A stretch of DNA of 61,961 nucleotides, the filler included, from Globobulimina sp. (taxonomy: Eukaryota), in NCBI GenBank assembly GCA_003354225.1. It is 19 parts of 19 records of this genome, joined end to end, with 100 filler letters (N's around TTAATTAATTAA, not from the genome) between each part and the next. Parts side by side here need not be neighbours in the genome. Positions count along the whole stretch, not along the records: positions 9,805 to 12,971 come from PIVH01003522.1; positions 13,072 to 16,238 come from PIVH01003523.1; positions 16,339 to 19,505 come from PIVH01003524.1; positions 19,606 to 22,772 come from PIVH01003525.1; 15 more parts are not named here. One strand, 5' to 3'. Within the stretch, counting starts at the first letter, position 1. Each line of letters begins with the position of its first letter. The translations under genes were made by a program, and so were the position numbers. The notes below the pieces were generated by a model. That model did no database searches and was not told the DNA's origin. It saw only the letters and a program-made list of their open reading frames with translations. Of this stretch, positions 10,651 to 21,334 are shown in pieces.

Positions 10651-12379
10651 TCAGTTGTCTATATGTTTAATGTTCTTTGCGTTTCTTTCTTCAAACATCA
10701 ATTGAGCATCTTTTCCAATAAACAAATAAATCCACAACGAAATAACAACAAAACATGTAAAAGATGGCAAATATGCATAATATACCGCCGTTCTATTAGT
10801 GTCAATATGCGTTACTGATCCACTCCAAATAAATCCAGTCAATGCGGGTCCAATTGCTCTGACCAAAGCAGCCCATGTTTGTGCCATTCCATTTGCTCTC
10901 CCAACACAACTATTTGGCACTGAGTTATTGACCCAGCACATCGAAGCAACAAATATTATGCTCACAAAGCAAACTGCTGCCATAGAATTAATAAAAGCCA
11001 ATGTCAATGCTATAACTTCTGCGTTATCACTGCCCAGAATACCAAACTCATTAATTGTGGTAAATATGCTCGGCATTTGAAACATCACCACACACATTAC
11101 AACAGCGCAAATTATGCACATTGGGCGAAAGCTAAATCGTTTGAAAAACCACGGTTGAATAAAATATGTAAATACTAATAAACAGCCACCTGAGAAGGCC
11201 GTGCAATATCCAATCAATTGAGAGGAAAAACTCAATGCTTGCGCCATATAAACCGGATTCATTTCTTGATACATCATAAAAGCCATAACCAACAACGTAT
11301 ATATCACCAAACCATGGCACAATGTGGTGCCAAATACTAAAGCAAACACAGTTGAATATTCTTCAATAGTTTGCTTATCATTATCCTTTAAATCAGCCAT
11401 CAATAATCCTTGCCGTTCAGCGCTGGCTTCTGATCTCGAATAAGCTGTCAATGAATTATGAATGCCATCACCTGGACAGACCTCAACAACTGCCAGTTTT
11501 GCTGGATATTAATGTACAACATAACAAAAGCTATAAATATATAACAAATTAAAATATAAAAAAACATATTCCGAAATACGTACATAATTCTACAGCATCC
11601 ATTGATTTTGGATAACTGTCAAGAGTGTCAATCATCATTTTATCCGAAATCACAGAATGATAATCATCGCGGTCTGCATCGGACAGCTTAAATTGCTTAA
11701 AAGTTAACTTTTCGTCGCGAATAAATATCAATGTCCAAACTAATGCATTGCCGCTGATAAAAGCACCGATAACACATGGCAGCAAAAACGGATATTCATG
11801 GTCAAAGATCCAAAATTTGAATATGCCGACAGTTGGTATGTATTCATCATCAGATACATCGACATCATGTGTTTCTATAAATATGCCGCCACACATTGCT
11901 CCCAGCACAGACCCAAAACCGTAGGATATTGCTAATGTGCTGAAGGCCCAGGCTCTGTTGCTGCCATCTGTGACATCGGCGAGGTACGCTTTGATTACAC
12001 CCAGATTGCCATTAAAAAAGCCACCGATACAGCGGGCACCAATTGCCATGACAAAGCTTGTGGATAATCCAAAAGAGAGAATTGCGATGGTACTGAATAC
12101 CAAACCAATTAGCAATGATATACGACGTCCCCATTTATCAGAGGCTAATCCCCAGGCATAGCAACATAGAAATTGACAAAAACAGAAGCTGGCATTCAGA
12201 ATTGATGTATAAATGCCTAACAATTCAGGCCTAATTCCGAAATCCCGCACCATGAATACAACCATTGGTAACAGCACCGTTATTTGATACGCTTCGTTTA
12301 ATTGCACAAAAAAAACTGCCCATAATTTTTCATCTGTTAAAAGAGGTTTTTTTACACTTTTCGTTGACAGTGTTGACAT
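10651..12379 (-). CDS. MFS transporter (ZIF/MFSD10/TetA-like)
   Basis: MFS motif A (WGLASDKWGRR), GGFFNGNLGVIKAYLADVTD and GRANGMAQ. GT-AG intron 11583-11502 joins the two ORFs in frame. Confidence 0.9.
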
Positions 12380-12482
12380 TGTTGACAGTATGAGACTTTT
12401 TTAATCTTTTCAGATATATTTTAATTATATTAGAAATTATGTGATTGCTTGCTTTTCTTGAAATAAACTTTGTTACTAAAAC

Positions 12483-12971
12483 ATGCTGTCAACTCAATCT
12501 TCACCACGTCATGAATTGTATCAACGATTTCCATTATCCTCGGCTCGATCATCAAACTCAAGCAACAATACAATATGTGCATGCACTCAACGAAGAGTAA
12601 TTATTTGTGTGCTACTTTCGTGGTTAATTTTAACTGTAATCACATATCAAAAAGTTTACAATGTAAATATACTCCGCTCATCGCGTAAAAAAGGAGCAAT
12701 ACCTCAACACCACAGTGATGCACTTCATTTATATGGACATTTAGATGAAAAAATAAAAGAACAGCAACAGAAACTAAAAGCGCTTGGCATCGATATCAAT
12801 AATTTACAAAAAGATCCTTTGAGTCTTATCAAAATAAAAAAACAACAAACCACAACCACAAAGAAACCTGAATTCCCCAAATACTTTGGTTATGTTTTGA
12901 TTCGAAAAATGCAGGCCATGGGTGCCTTTGGTTTTAGAGGTTTTTACGAAAAGAAAACCCATTTTCTGCAA
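12483..12971 (+). CDS. Type II membrane protein, 3' partial
   Basis: Short cytoplasmic N-terminus, one TM ([17 protein letters not shown]), then a stem region. Confidence 0.5.
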
Positions 12972-13147
12972 NNNNNNNNNNNNNNNNNNNNNNNNNNNNN
13001 NNNNNNNNNNNNNNNTTAATTAATTAANNNNNNNNNNNNNNNNNNNNNNNNNNNNNNNNNNNNNNNNNNNNCAAGGCAAATAAAAGCGTATCGAGATCAG
13101 CTCCAAAAAAAGAAAAGAAACACAAAGAAAAGGAAAACAAACAGAAA

Positions 13148-14674
13148 ATGCATCCCTTTGCTGCCTTAATATTAATTTTGTTGTCGCCATTTTCGATGCG
13201 CATATTGATAATGATTTGCTCCGTATTGAGTGGTCTGGTCTTTTTGTATGGCGTCAACGACGAAACTCACAGATCCGACATATTCACGACGTGGGCCACT
13301 GGCTTCGAAATATCGCGCCATCATTATCTAATTATTTGCTATGGCCTCTCCATTCTATTGATCATAATCTCGCTCGTCTTCTTAATCCGTTTCATCTCTC
13401 AATTATCCTATTTGCAGTCCAGTGGCCATGCCTCGTATTACAAAGCAAACAAAAAGAAAGACAGCAAAAAGAATAGTTATGATATGGACGTGAATGCATT
13501 TCTAAAATTTGCCAATCGGCGTTTGAGCGATGAGAGGAATATCAATTTGCAAATTGGCCGCAATGAAAGGAGTCGCAGAGCCAACAGAGAGTATACGTTA
13601 TCAACGGTGGATTCTTCGGAGCGGCTCACTGGGACTTCCTCACTGGACTTTACCTTTGAAATCGATGAGGAACCGGAAGAGGAACAGCCAGCTATTCGAC
13701 CGCCAGAGGAGCAGCCAGTTGTGGTGGAAGAATATAAAAAGAGGAAAATTGATATGTCATTATTGGCGCATATCTGGTTTCGAATGCCGTATGACAAATA
13801 TTTCCGAATCACCTGCAGTATCTTATCGATTATGATCATATTGCAAACGATCTCGATATCTCCAAATGTGTTGACTGAAACCTATCGGCGGATAATGCTA
13901 CTTATCACGTTTTGCAATGTGTTGATATTGCTACGTATTACGTGGTCGTCGTCGTTTATGATTTGCTGGCAATTCAGCGAAAGTTTGAGGAATCACTTAG
14001 TATTTCCACAGATGTTTTTGCTGTCTTATTTGTTGGGGATATTGTCGACAAACATTGGCGTAATTTATATGATACTGCGGATATATTATTTGCATCCTAA
14101 TGATTATGAAAAGGAAAAGTTTTCAGATTCCACTGGCGATAATAATATAATGTCGCTAAATTGCTCATATTACGAATGTTTTAACTCAATTATTATGATG
14201 GCGACATGGTGGCCGATATCCATACTAATAAATAATGAAAATGCACGCTTTATGGATAGATATAGGAAATATAATGGATCGGTGAGTGATGATAATGTTG
14301 GTAGTAATGATAAATTATTTATTTGTCCATCACCGACTTTCTCGTCGCCAACAACGACTGAAACACAACCAACATTAACATATAATTTAATTGCATTGCA
14401 AAATAGACAGTATTATGCGTCATATTTGTATAGCCATCATAATAAAAATATGCATAAGATCTGTGGCTTTGTGTTCAAATCACATTTTCCATGGATTAAT
14501 AGCATTGACGGTGCGAGGCCATTGATACCGATATTGTTTCTATTGTTGTTGGTGTCTATCGAGATTGGATTGATTCAATGGGATAATTGTTTAAGTAGTT
14601 CCCGATTGTTACTGAGTTGTACTGTTATCTTTCTTGTTGCGTCAAGAGGCATATTGTTGATTGTATCAATTTAA
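13148..14674 (+). CDS. Multi-pass membrane protein of unknown function, probably 5' partial
   Basis: 508-aa ORF with many hydrophobic segments. Confidence 0.6.
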   Translation: MHPFAALILILLSPFSMRILIMICSVLSGLVFLYGVNDETHRSDIFTTWATGFEISRHHYLIICYGLSILLIIISLVFLIRFISQLSYLQSSGHASYYKANKKKDSKKNSYDMDVNAFLKFANRRLSDERNINLQIGRNERSRRANREYTLSTVDSSERLTGTSSLDFTFEIDEEPEEEQPAIRPPEEQPVVVEEYKKRKIDMSLLAHIWFRMPYDKYFRITCSILSIMIILQTISISPNVLTETYRRIMLLITFCNVLILLRITWSSSFMICWQFSESLRNHLVFPQMFLLSYLLGILSTNIGVIYMILRIYYLHPNDYEKEKFSDSTGDNNIMSLNCSYYECFNSIIMMATWWPISILINNENARFMDRYRKYNGSVSDDNVGSNDKLFICPSPTFSSPTTTETQPTLTYNLIALQNRQYYASYLYSHHNKNMHKICGFVFKSHFPWINSIDGARPLIPILFLLLLVSIEIGLIQWDNCLSSSRLLLSCTVIFLVASRGILLIVSI

Positions 14675-14817
14675 TACTAACTTGACACTGGCGTATTTTG
14701 CAAGGGTATATAATAAATTGTGTAAATATTTTATCAAAAAAAACGCCTATAAAACGTTTTATTTTTAACGAACCTAAGCCTCCAAACTTTAAGTAACGCA
14801 ACAAAATTTCACAGTTC

Positions 14818-16238
14818 ATGTCAAACAACGAAATAATTAATATTCAAGTAGGCAAAGGCGGAATTAACGTTGGACTTTTATTTTGGCGGCAAATATTGCA
14901 GGAACATGCTCTTGGTCTGGATGGTGTATTTCGTGGAAATCGATTAGATCCAGACAATGAACTGCGTCTTGATAGAATAAATTCATATTTTTATGAAAAA
15001 GGGCGCGGAGTCTTAGCGACTGGTTATATTCGGCAATCTATCGAATCAAAATATAAATCATTGGCCTATATACCATCAGATATTAAAAAACTTTGTAAAC
15101 AGTATATTGGTTCATTCAACGCAGGACATTATGTCCCCAGATCAATATTTATCGATTGCGATCCCAAACAGATTGATTCCATTCGAATGTCACATTTGCG
15201 AAATGTATTTACTTCAAACAACTTTATTGTTGGACAAGGCGGGAATGGCAATAATTGGGCAATGGGCTATCACAGTAAACACATTCTGCAGCAAATTATG
15301 AACAATGTCCGATTTGAGGCTGAAAACTGTGATTATCTGCAAGGATTCCAGCTGGTTCATAGCATTGGCGGTGGTACCGGCAGTGGATTAACATCCAATT
15401 TATTAGCTTCATTAAAAGATAATTATCCACATACAATAAATCAGACATTCACAATATATCCATCACCAAAAGTGTCAAGTTTTGTGGTTGAAGCGTACAA
15501 TGCAACATTGTCAATAAACAAATTGATACAATATGCGGATCAAACTTTTGTAATCGACAATGAAGCAGTTTTTAATATTTGTCATAATGTTTTGAAACAA
15601 AGAGAGCCGACCTATGATGATTTAAATTGGATTGTATCGAATGGAATGAGTGGAAGTACAGCATCCTATCGGTTTGCAGGTGGAATGAATTCGACATTGC
15701 GACGGTTTGGTATAAATATGGTATCGTTTCCGAGATTGCATTTCTTGCTCTTATCTCATGCTCCACTGTATGCTGCAGGACAGGGACACAAACAAAAGCT
15801 GACTGTGCAAGAATTGACTGATCAAATATGGTCATCCCGCAATTTCTTTGCAAACATCAAGCCTGAGGATGGCAAATATTTATCAGTTTCAACTGCGTAT
15901 AGAGGATGTATATCAACTCCAGAATATGACGATGAGAGTGCGAAAATTATGCAGAAAATGGCAGATGACTTCGTAGTATGGATTCCAAATAATATTAAAC
16001 CATCAATTTATTCAATACCACCTCCGAATATATGCATGACAGCGAATTTGATTGGAAACACGAGTGCTATCAAAGGCGTATTGCAAAGGATATCAGCACA
16101 GTTTGCGCAAATGTTTAAAAGGAAGGCATTTTTGCATTTTTATATGAAGATAGGAATGGAAATGCAGGAGTTTCAAGATGCTGATAAAAATGTGCGAAAT
16201 TTGGTGACTGAATATCAGGATAAACAGGATATTGTGGT
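14818..16238 (+). CDS. Divergent beta2-tubulin-like protein with internal GYIR-motif insertion
   Basis: GGGTGSG, PSPKVS, FPRLHF, QELTDQIWSSRNF, RISAQFAQMFKRKAFLH and EFQDADKNVR match the foraminiferal type-2 beta-tubulin pattern. Insertion at about 15010-15105. Confidence 0.93.
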
Positions 16239-16887
16239 NNNNNNNNNNNNNNNNNNNNNNNNNNNNNNNNNNNNNNNNNNNNTTAATTAATTAANNNNNN
16301 NNNNNNNNNNNNNNNNNNNNNNNNNNNNNNNNNNNNNNTGTGTCTACAATATTTTTTTGCCTTTTTTAATATTATATTAAGTTTTATACATTTGGTTCAC
16401 TAGCTATAGCTTTGTGTTGAGTTTGTTATAACTTTGATTAATATAAATATATAATTGTTTTGGTGGTGTTGGCTTCCAGAAGAGGCTAATTTTCGAACAG
16501 TATATAAACGGTGAAGTTTTATAAACGACGTTTCGGCAAAATGATGCCTTTTTCAAGTTTAGTTGAATTAAAGTGTAAAAAGTTTTTGATGTAAACAAAA
16601 ACAAAACACAGTAAGTTTATCCAAATGCAATAAAAATAAAAATGGAGAATATTGATAAGAGAGATAAAAAGATGATAATGGATTGGAGCTAATAGAAAGT
16701 ATGGATATATGTACTAATATACGTAAAACCAAAAAACCAAATAAAAAACCAAATAAAAGATATACGTAAAACCAAAAAACCAAAAAACCAAATATGTGTT
16801 GGTTCAGTGCAATTTGGTGAGTTTATATACTTATTTGTTTAATATCAAATGTTCACAGAAAGAGTTATGCAGCGGGTCAGTGTCAGC

Positions 16888-16959
16888 GGGTCAGTGGTCT
16901 AGTGGTATGATTCTCGTTTCGGGTGCGAGAGGCCGCGAGTTCGATTCTCGCCTGACCCC
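16888..16959 (+). tRNA. tRNA-Pro(CGG)
   Basis: GGGTCAG/CTGACCC acceptor, D-arm with AGTGGT loop, CTCGT-TTCGGGT-GCGAG anticodon arm, GCGAG-TTCGATT-CTCGC T-arm, C73, T-runs downstream. Confidence 0.96.
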
Positions 16960-16995
16960 CTACTGTATAGAATTTTTGTTTTGATAAAATATATC

Positions 16996-18348
16996 TCATA
17001 CATCTGCGGCAATGTCAATGTAATCAGTGATTAGGTCTCTAACACAATGATCAGCCTCAACAAATTCCATCTCATCCATTCCTTCGCCTTTATACCAATG
17101 CAAAAACGCTTTACGCTTAAACATCTTAGCAAATTGAGATGATATTCTTTTGAAAACAGTTCCTATCGAAGTGCTATTTGTAATCATTGCTACGCTCTGT
17201 TTTATGTTTAATACTGGTTTCCTTACAAAAGTAGATATAACTTCGTTTTCTGTCACAATTGGAATATCCTCAACCTTTATAGCACCGACATTTCCGTCAC
17301 TTCTATGCAACACAATTGTGGATAAATTGACGCAGTCATTATTATAATATGAATATGACCGATGTTGAGGTTCAAATAATTTGTGTACCAAATCCAATGT
17401 GTCCAGATTAGATATTTCATTTGGTGCAATGTTTCCATTTCGATCATAAAACGGTGCTCTGGAACTTGTAAAATATTTCAATTTCGGACGTTTCACCATT
17501 TCATTGAGAAACAATCTCACTGTAAATCCATAAGAATCGTTATAACGAAACAATGACATAATATCATTTACCATTTGATTTGCAATGAAATTGAGGTCTA
17601 CGAAACGCGTTTGCTTGATTTTAAATTGATAATAAGCCAAATTATATAAAGCTTCATTGTCAAAAACAAAAGTACCATCACAAAAATCATTCATTTTATT
17701 CACTGACAAAATAGCATTGTACGGCACAGTGATTTGTCCGCCAGTTTTTGGAGAAGGAAATACGGAGAAACTCATTATATCCAAATGAGGGAAATTAGAT
17801 TTGATTTGTTCCATTAACAATGTCCCCATTCCCGATCCCGTGCCACCGCCCATTGCATGAAATATTTGTATACCTTGCGGTGCTCCGTATGATTCAATCT
17901 CGTTTCTGAATGCATCCATACATTCTTCCATCAGTTCAGCACCTTCGGTGTAATGCCCTTTTGCCCAATTATAGCCAGTTCCGCTTGCACCAAATATGAA
18001 ATTATGCGGATTGCAAATGTTGATGAATGGAGACTGTTTAATAATGTCCAAAGTGCCTGATTCTAAGTCAATTTGTATAGCTCTTGCCGTGATACAGGTT
18101 TTTGATGATGATCGTATGCATGAATTGGTGATGGATTTACTGTCTGTCGCGTATTCATCCATTATGGATTCAAAAAAGAGTGTATTCATTGCGTTGCCGC
18201 ATTGTCCCAATGCGATACTGATGATACAATTTGCGTCATAAAATTGAATACAAAGTTGAATGATGGGGTCAGGGATGGTTTGTGACAATGATTTCTGTAT
18301 AAAACGACAGTATCCGGACACAACCAGATGTACAGTACAAAGTGACAT
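16996..18348 (-). CDS. Divergent beta2-tubulin-like protein with N-terminal GYxR-motif extension
   Basis: GQCGN, DLESGT, FGASGTGYNWAKGHYTEGAEL, GGGTGSG and RISSQFAKMFKRKAFLHWYKGEGMDEMEF are present. The middle region is strongly diverged and there is no acidic tail. Confidence 0.92.
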   Translation of the reverse strand: MSLCTVHLVVSGYCRFIQKSLSQTIPDPIIQLCIQFYDANCIISIALGQCGNAMNTLFFESIMDEYATDSKSITNSCIRSSSKTCITARAIQIDLESGTLDIIKQSPFINICNPHNFIFGASGTGYNWAKGHYTEGAELMEECMDAFRNEIESYGAPQGIQIFHAMGGGTGSGMGTLLMEQIKSNFPHLDIMSFSVFPSPKTGGQITVPYNAILSVNKMNDFCDGTFVFDNEALYNLAYYQFKIKQTRFVDLNFIANQMVNDIMSLFRYNDSYGFTVRLFLNEMVKRPKLKYFTSSRAPFYDRNGNIAPNEISNLDTLDLVHKLFEPQHRSYSYYNNDCVNLSTIVLHRSDGNVGAIKVEDIPIVTENEVISTFVRKPVLNIKQSVAMITNSTSIGTVFKRISSQFAKMFKRKAFLHWYKGEGMDEMEFVEADHCVRDLITDYIDIAADV

Positions 18349-18419
18349 GTTTAATTCCAGAAATAAGGAGAAAGACCAGCAAAAAAACAAAACATACAAC
18401 GTTCACACAAATACATTAA

Positions 18420-19079
18420 TTATATTTTATCCAACATTTTATCTGCATTTCCTGAGAAATATGCTTTTAAATATTGAGTAAAATCAAAGTCAGCCGGTAT
18501 TACAATGCTCGCCAATCCTTTGTCCACTTTGTCGCTTCTTTCAATCATTTTTTGTCTCTCCATTTCTTTTCTTGTTAAACCAATATATTTTTTTTGCTTT
18601 AAAAACTCCTGATTATCACATTCGATTTGCTGAATTAACCATTCATGATACGATGTACATTCATTGTCAACTAATTGTGTCCATTTTTGTGGTGCAATCT
18701 GTGCCAAATTCGGTATGCCATAATTACTTTGGATAGCAAATGGATTAAAACGTGTTTCAGCGTAATCTCTTTCTGTCGGCCTTTTTAATGCTAACCATTG
18801 ATAATACGAATCAATTTGTAAATTTTGTGCTTTTTCCTGTTTTTCTTTATATTTTGTGATAACAGCATCAAATTCTTGTTTTATTTCAGCAGATAACCAC
18901 TGATCATTGACACCAATGCGAATATTACTTGTTATTAATTCAATTATATCTTCATATTCTTTTTTGTTGTTATTTATAAATGGCATCATTGATTTGAATA
19001 ATTTTAATATATAATATCTCTCAATGCCAATATCATTCGTATTATCCAAATATTTTGCCAACCACTGATGATATGACAA
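18420..19079 (-). CDS. Hypothetical protein with repeated SY(H/Y)(Q/E)WL motif
   Basis: 219-aa ORF containing SYHQWL, SYYQWL and SYHEWL; start uncertain. Confidence 0.45.
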   Translation of the reverse strand: MSYHQWLAKYLDNTNDIGIERYYILKLFKSMMPFINNNKKEYEDIIELITSNIRIGVNDQWLSAEIKQEFDAVITKYKEKQEKAQNLQIDSYYQWLALKRPTERDYAETRFNPFAIQSNYGIPNLAQIAPQKWTQLVDNECTSYHEWLIQQIECDNQEFLKQKKYIGLTRKEMERQKMIERSDKVDKGLASIVIPADFDFTQYLKAYFSGNADKMLDKI

Positions 19080-19283
19080 TACATTACATAATAAATTGCA
19101 ATGTCCAAAGGAATATCGACAATTTTATATTAGGTTTTGGAGTTACGGTTATTTTGCCTAAATGTGGAGTTAGGAAACTCTGAGAATATGTTTTGTTTTT
19201 TTTTGTGTGTTTGTTTGTCTGTGTTTTGATATGTTTAATTTTTCTCTGCATTACTTTTTGTTTGCAGCTGAAAATTACTATGT

Positions 19284-19505
19284 TTACGATGACTCATTCC
19301 CGCCAAACACAATTATTTGCTTTGCTGCTTCGAGAGATATTATTCCTTCGCCCCGAATTGTATCATATTGCGGGCCATTCTGCATTTTATGCAATTTAAC
19401 ACTCAATAAAATGTTATATAAACATACCTCGACAAAACAGTGTGAGGCAGCATCCCATGTCAAATGTGTGCATTTTGTGTGGGATCCGCCAATTATATGA
19501 AGTCG
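19284..19505 (-). CDS. 3' end of possible Kelch-like gene
   Basis: RLHIIGGSHTKCTH...FVE|GTATGT..TGCAG|NGPQ...IIVFGGNESS*, with GG motifs. Confidence 0.35.
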   Translation of the reverse strand, partial: RLHIIGGSHTKCTHLTWDAASHCFVEVCLYNILLSVKLHKMQNGPQYDTIRGEGIISLEAAKQIIVFGGNESS

Positions 19506-20030
19506 NNNNNNNNNNNNNNNNNNNNNNNNNNNNNNNNNNNNNNNNNNNNTTAATTAATTAANNNNNNNNNNNNNNNNNNNNNNNNNNNNNNNNNNNNNNN
19601 NNNNNAATAATAAAGAAGATACCTTATGTATTGACAGATTGTAATCTAAATTATTGTTCGGACATATTTTTTTTAGATGTTTTGCTTTTTGTTTTTGTGC
19701 TTTTTTCTTCTTTCGTTTTGATTTTGAGCCAGATTTATAAGAAATTTTGTTTATCGGAACAACCAGCATATCAATGGAGTGAATGGACACTAGTATTTTA
19801 TCCAAATTCGGTAATATCGAGGCCAAAACGGGTCATCAATCACCAGTGTTTTCTGTGTTTTTTGGGATTTAAAACGGCTGTTTAAGAATTGTTATTACAA
19901 AACGGCTGTTTAATTGGAATGAAATACGGCACAAAAGAAATGGAAACATACAGTGCTAAAAGTAATATTAAAACCAAAGACGTTTATGTTGTCTGAAGTA
20001 GTTGTGTGAAATTTGAAAACTCAGACAAGA

Positions 20031-21216
20031 CTATTTTTTCTTTTTTGGATTGTGTATTCTCATATGATTATGTAATTTATATCCAGCATCAAATTCTTTG
20101 TTACATTTTGAGCATGAATATATTTTATTTTTCGTATGTGTTCGAACATGATCTTTCCAACCATGCCGTTGTTTAAATTTCCTGTTACAAAATTTACAAA
20201 TAAAGGGCGACTCTCCAGTATGAACTCTTCGATGTTCCTCCCAGTTTGCTTTCCGACCGAATTTTTTATTACAATACTCGCAAATGTATGCGTTATCTGT
20301 ATGAATCTTTGAATGCGAACGAAAATTACATAAATGTTTATATCGTTTACCGCACGTTAAGCATTCAAATGGTTTATCATCATTCGAAACTATTTTCTTT
20401 TTCCTTTTCTTCTTTTCCACTCTCTGTTTTTTATCATCTCCATTCTCATTAATTATATTGGTTACATTGGGCATATTTTGTAGCGATATGTTTGGTGCAT
20501 TCACCATATTATTTACACAATTTGTAACATGGGCCGCGGTCGGAATTATTGTATTATTCGAGATTGCTGCACTTGAATGATATGGAAATAGTTGCTATGT
20601 ACACAAAATTTAAACAATGTATACAACAAAGTATGGGTCGGATTTGTAGCCAAATCAACCAAACTTGTGAGGAGCTAAATTGATTACAATTTGTATTGTA
20701 ATTGCTAGAAAACATAAATCGATTACGATCGAAGTTATTGTTGTTATTATTATTATGATTGGAACCAAATGGCTGTACATAACTATTGTTATTGGTATTG
20801 AACGCATTGAAAATATCGCGCTGTACATTGGGCTCAATGAGCTCATTATTATTATGTAGATTATTTTGTAAATATGGATAATTTGCGTGTTGGTTTATTT
20901 GTGGAACTAACGAAGTGATTATGCCTTGTTGTTGCATGATTGATGGATGTATTTGTTGTTGATCAGCTTTTATATGGATGGTGTTATCATAATTATTGTT
21001 TGAAGTATATGAGATTGTGTCTGTTGGTGATACAGTGTTTGGATTCAGTGCATGGATTATTTCATCTTGAACTCGATTATTATCATAACAGTAAAAGTAT
21101 GGCGGTAATGTTGGTTGTTGTGGTTGTTGATGATGGTATGCTTGCAATTGATATTGTTGATATGAATCGTTTTGATTCAATGATGACATTTGTGATGTTT
21201 CTGATTTAATTGCCAT
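20031..21216 (-). CDS. C2H2 zinc-finger transcription factor (4 fingers, Q/N-rich N-terminus)
   Basis: Four CxxC...HxxxH fingers with an HTGESPF linker. Phase-0 intron 20664-20595 joins the two ORFs. Confidence 0.9.
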
Positions 21217-21334
21217 ACATTTGTCTGCCGTTCTTTATATGTCGCAAATCAATCGCCAAATCGATCGTTCTCACTTTAGATTGAAAAAGCAGAGTTCAGT
21301 GAAAAAAAGACACAAAAACACAATCGCAATATGC

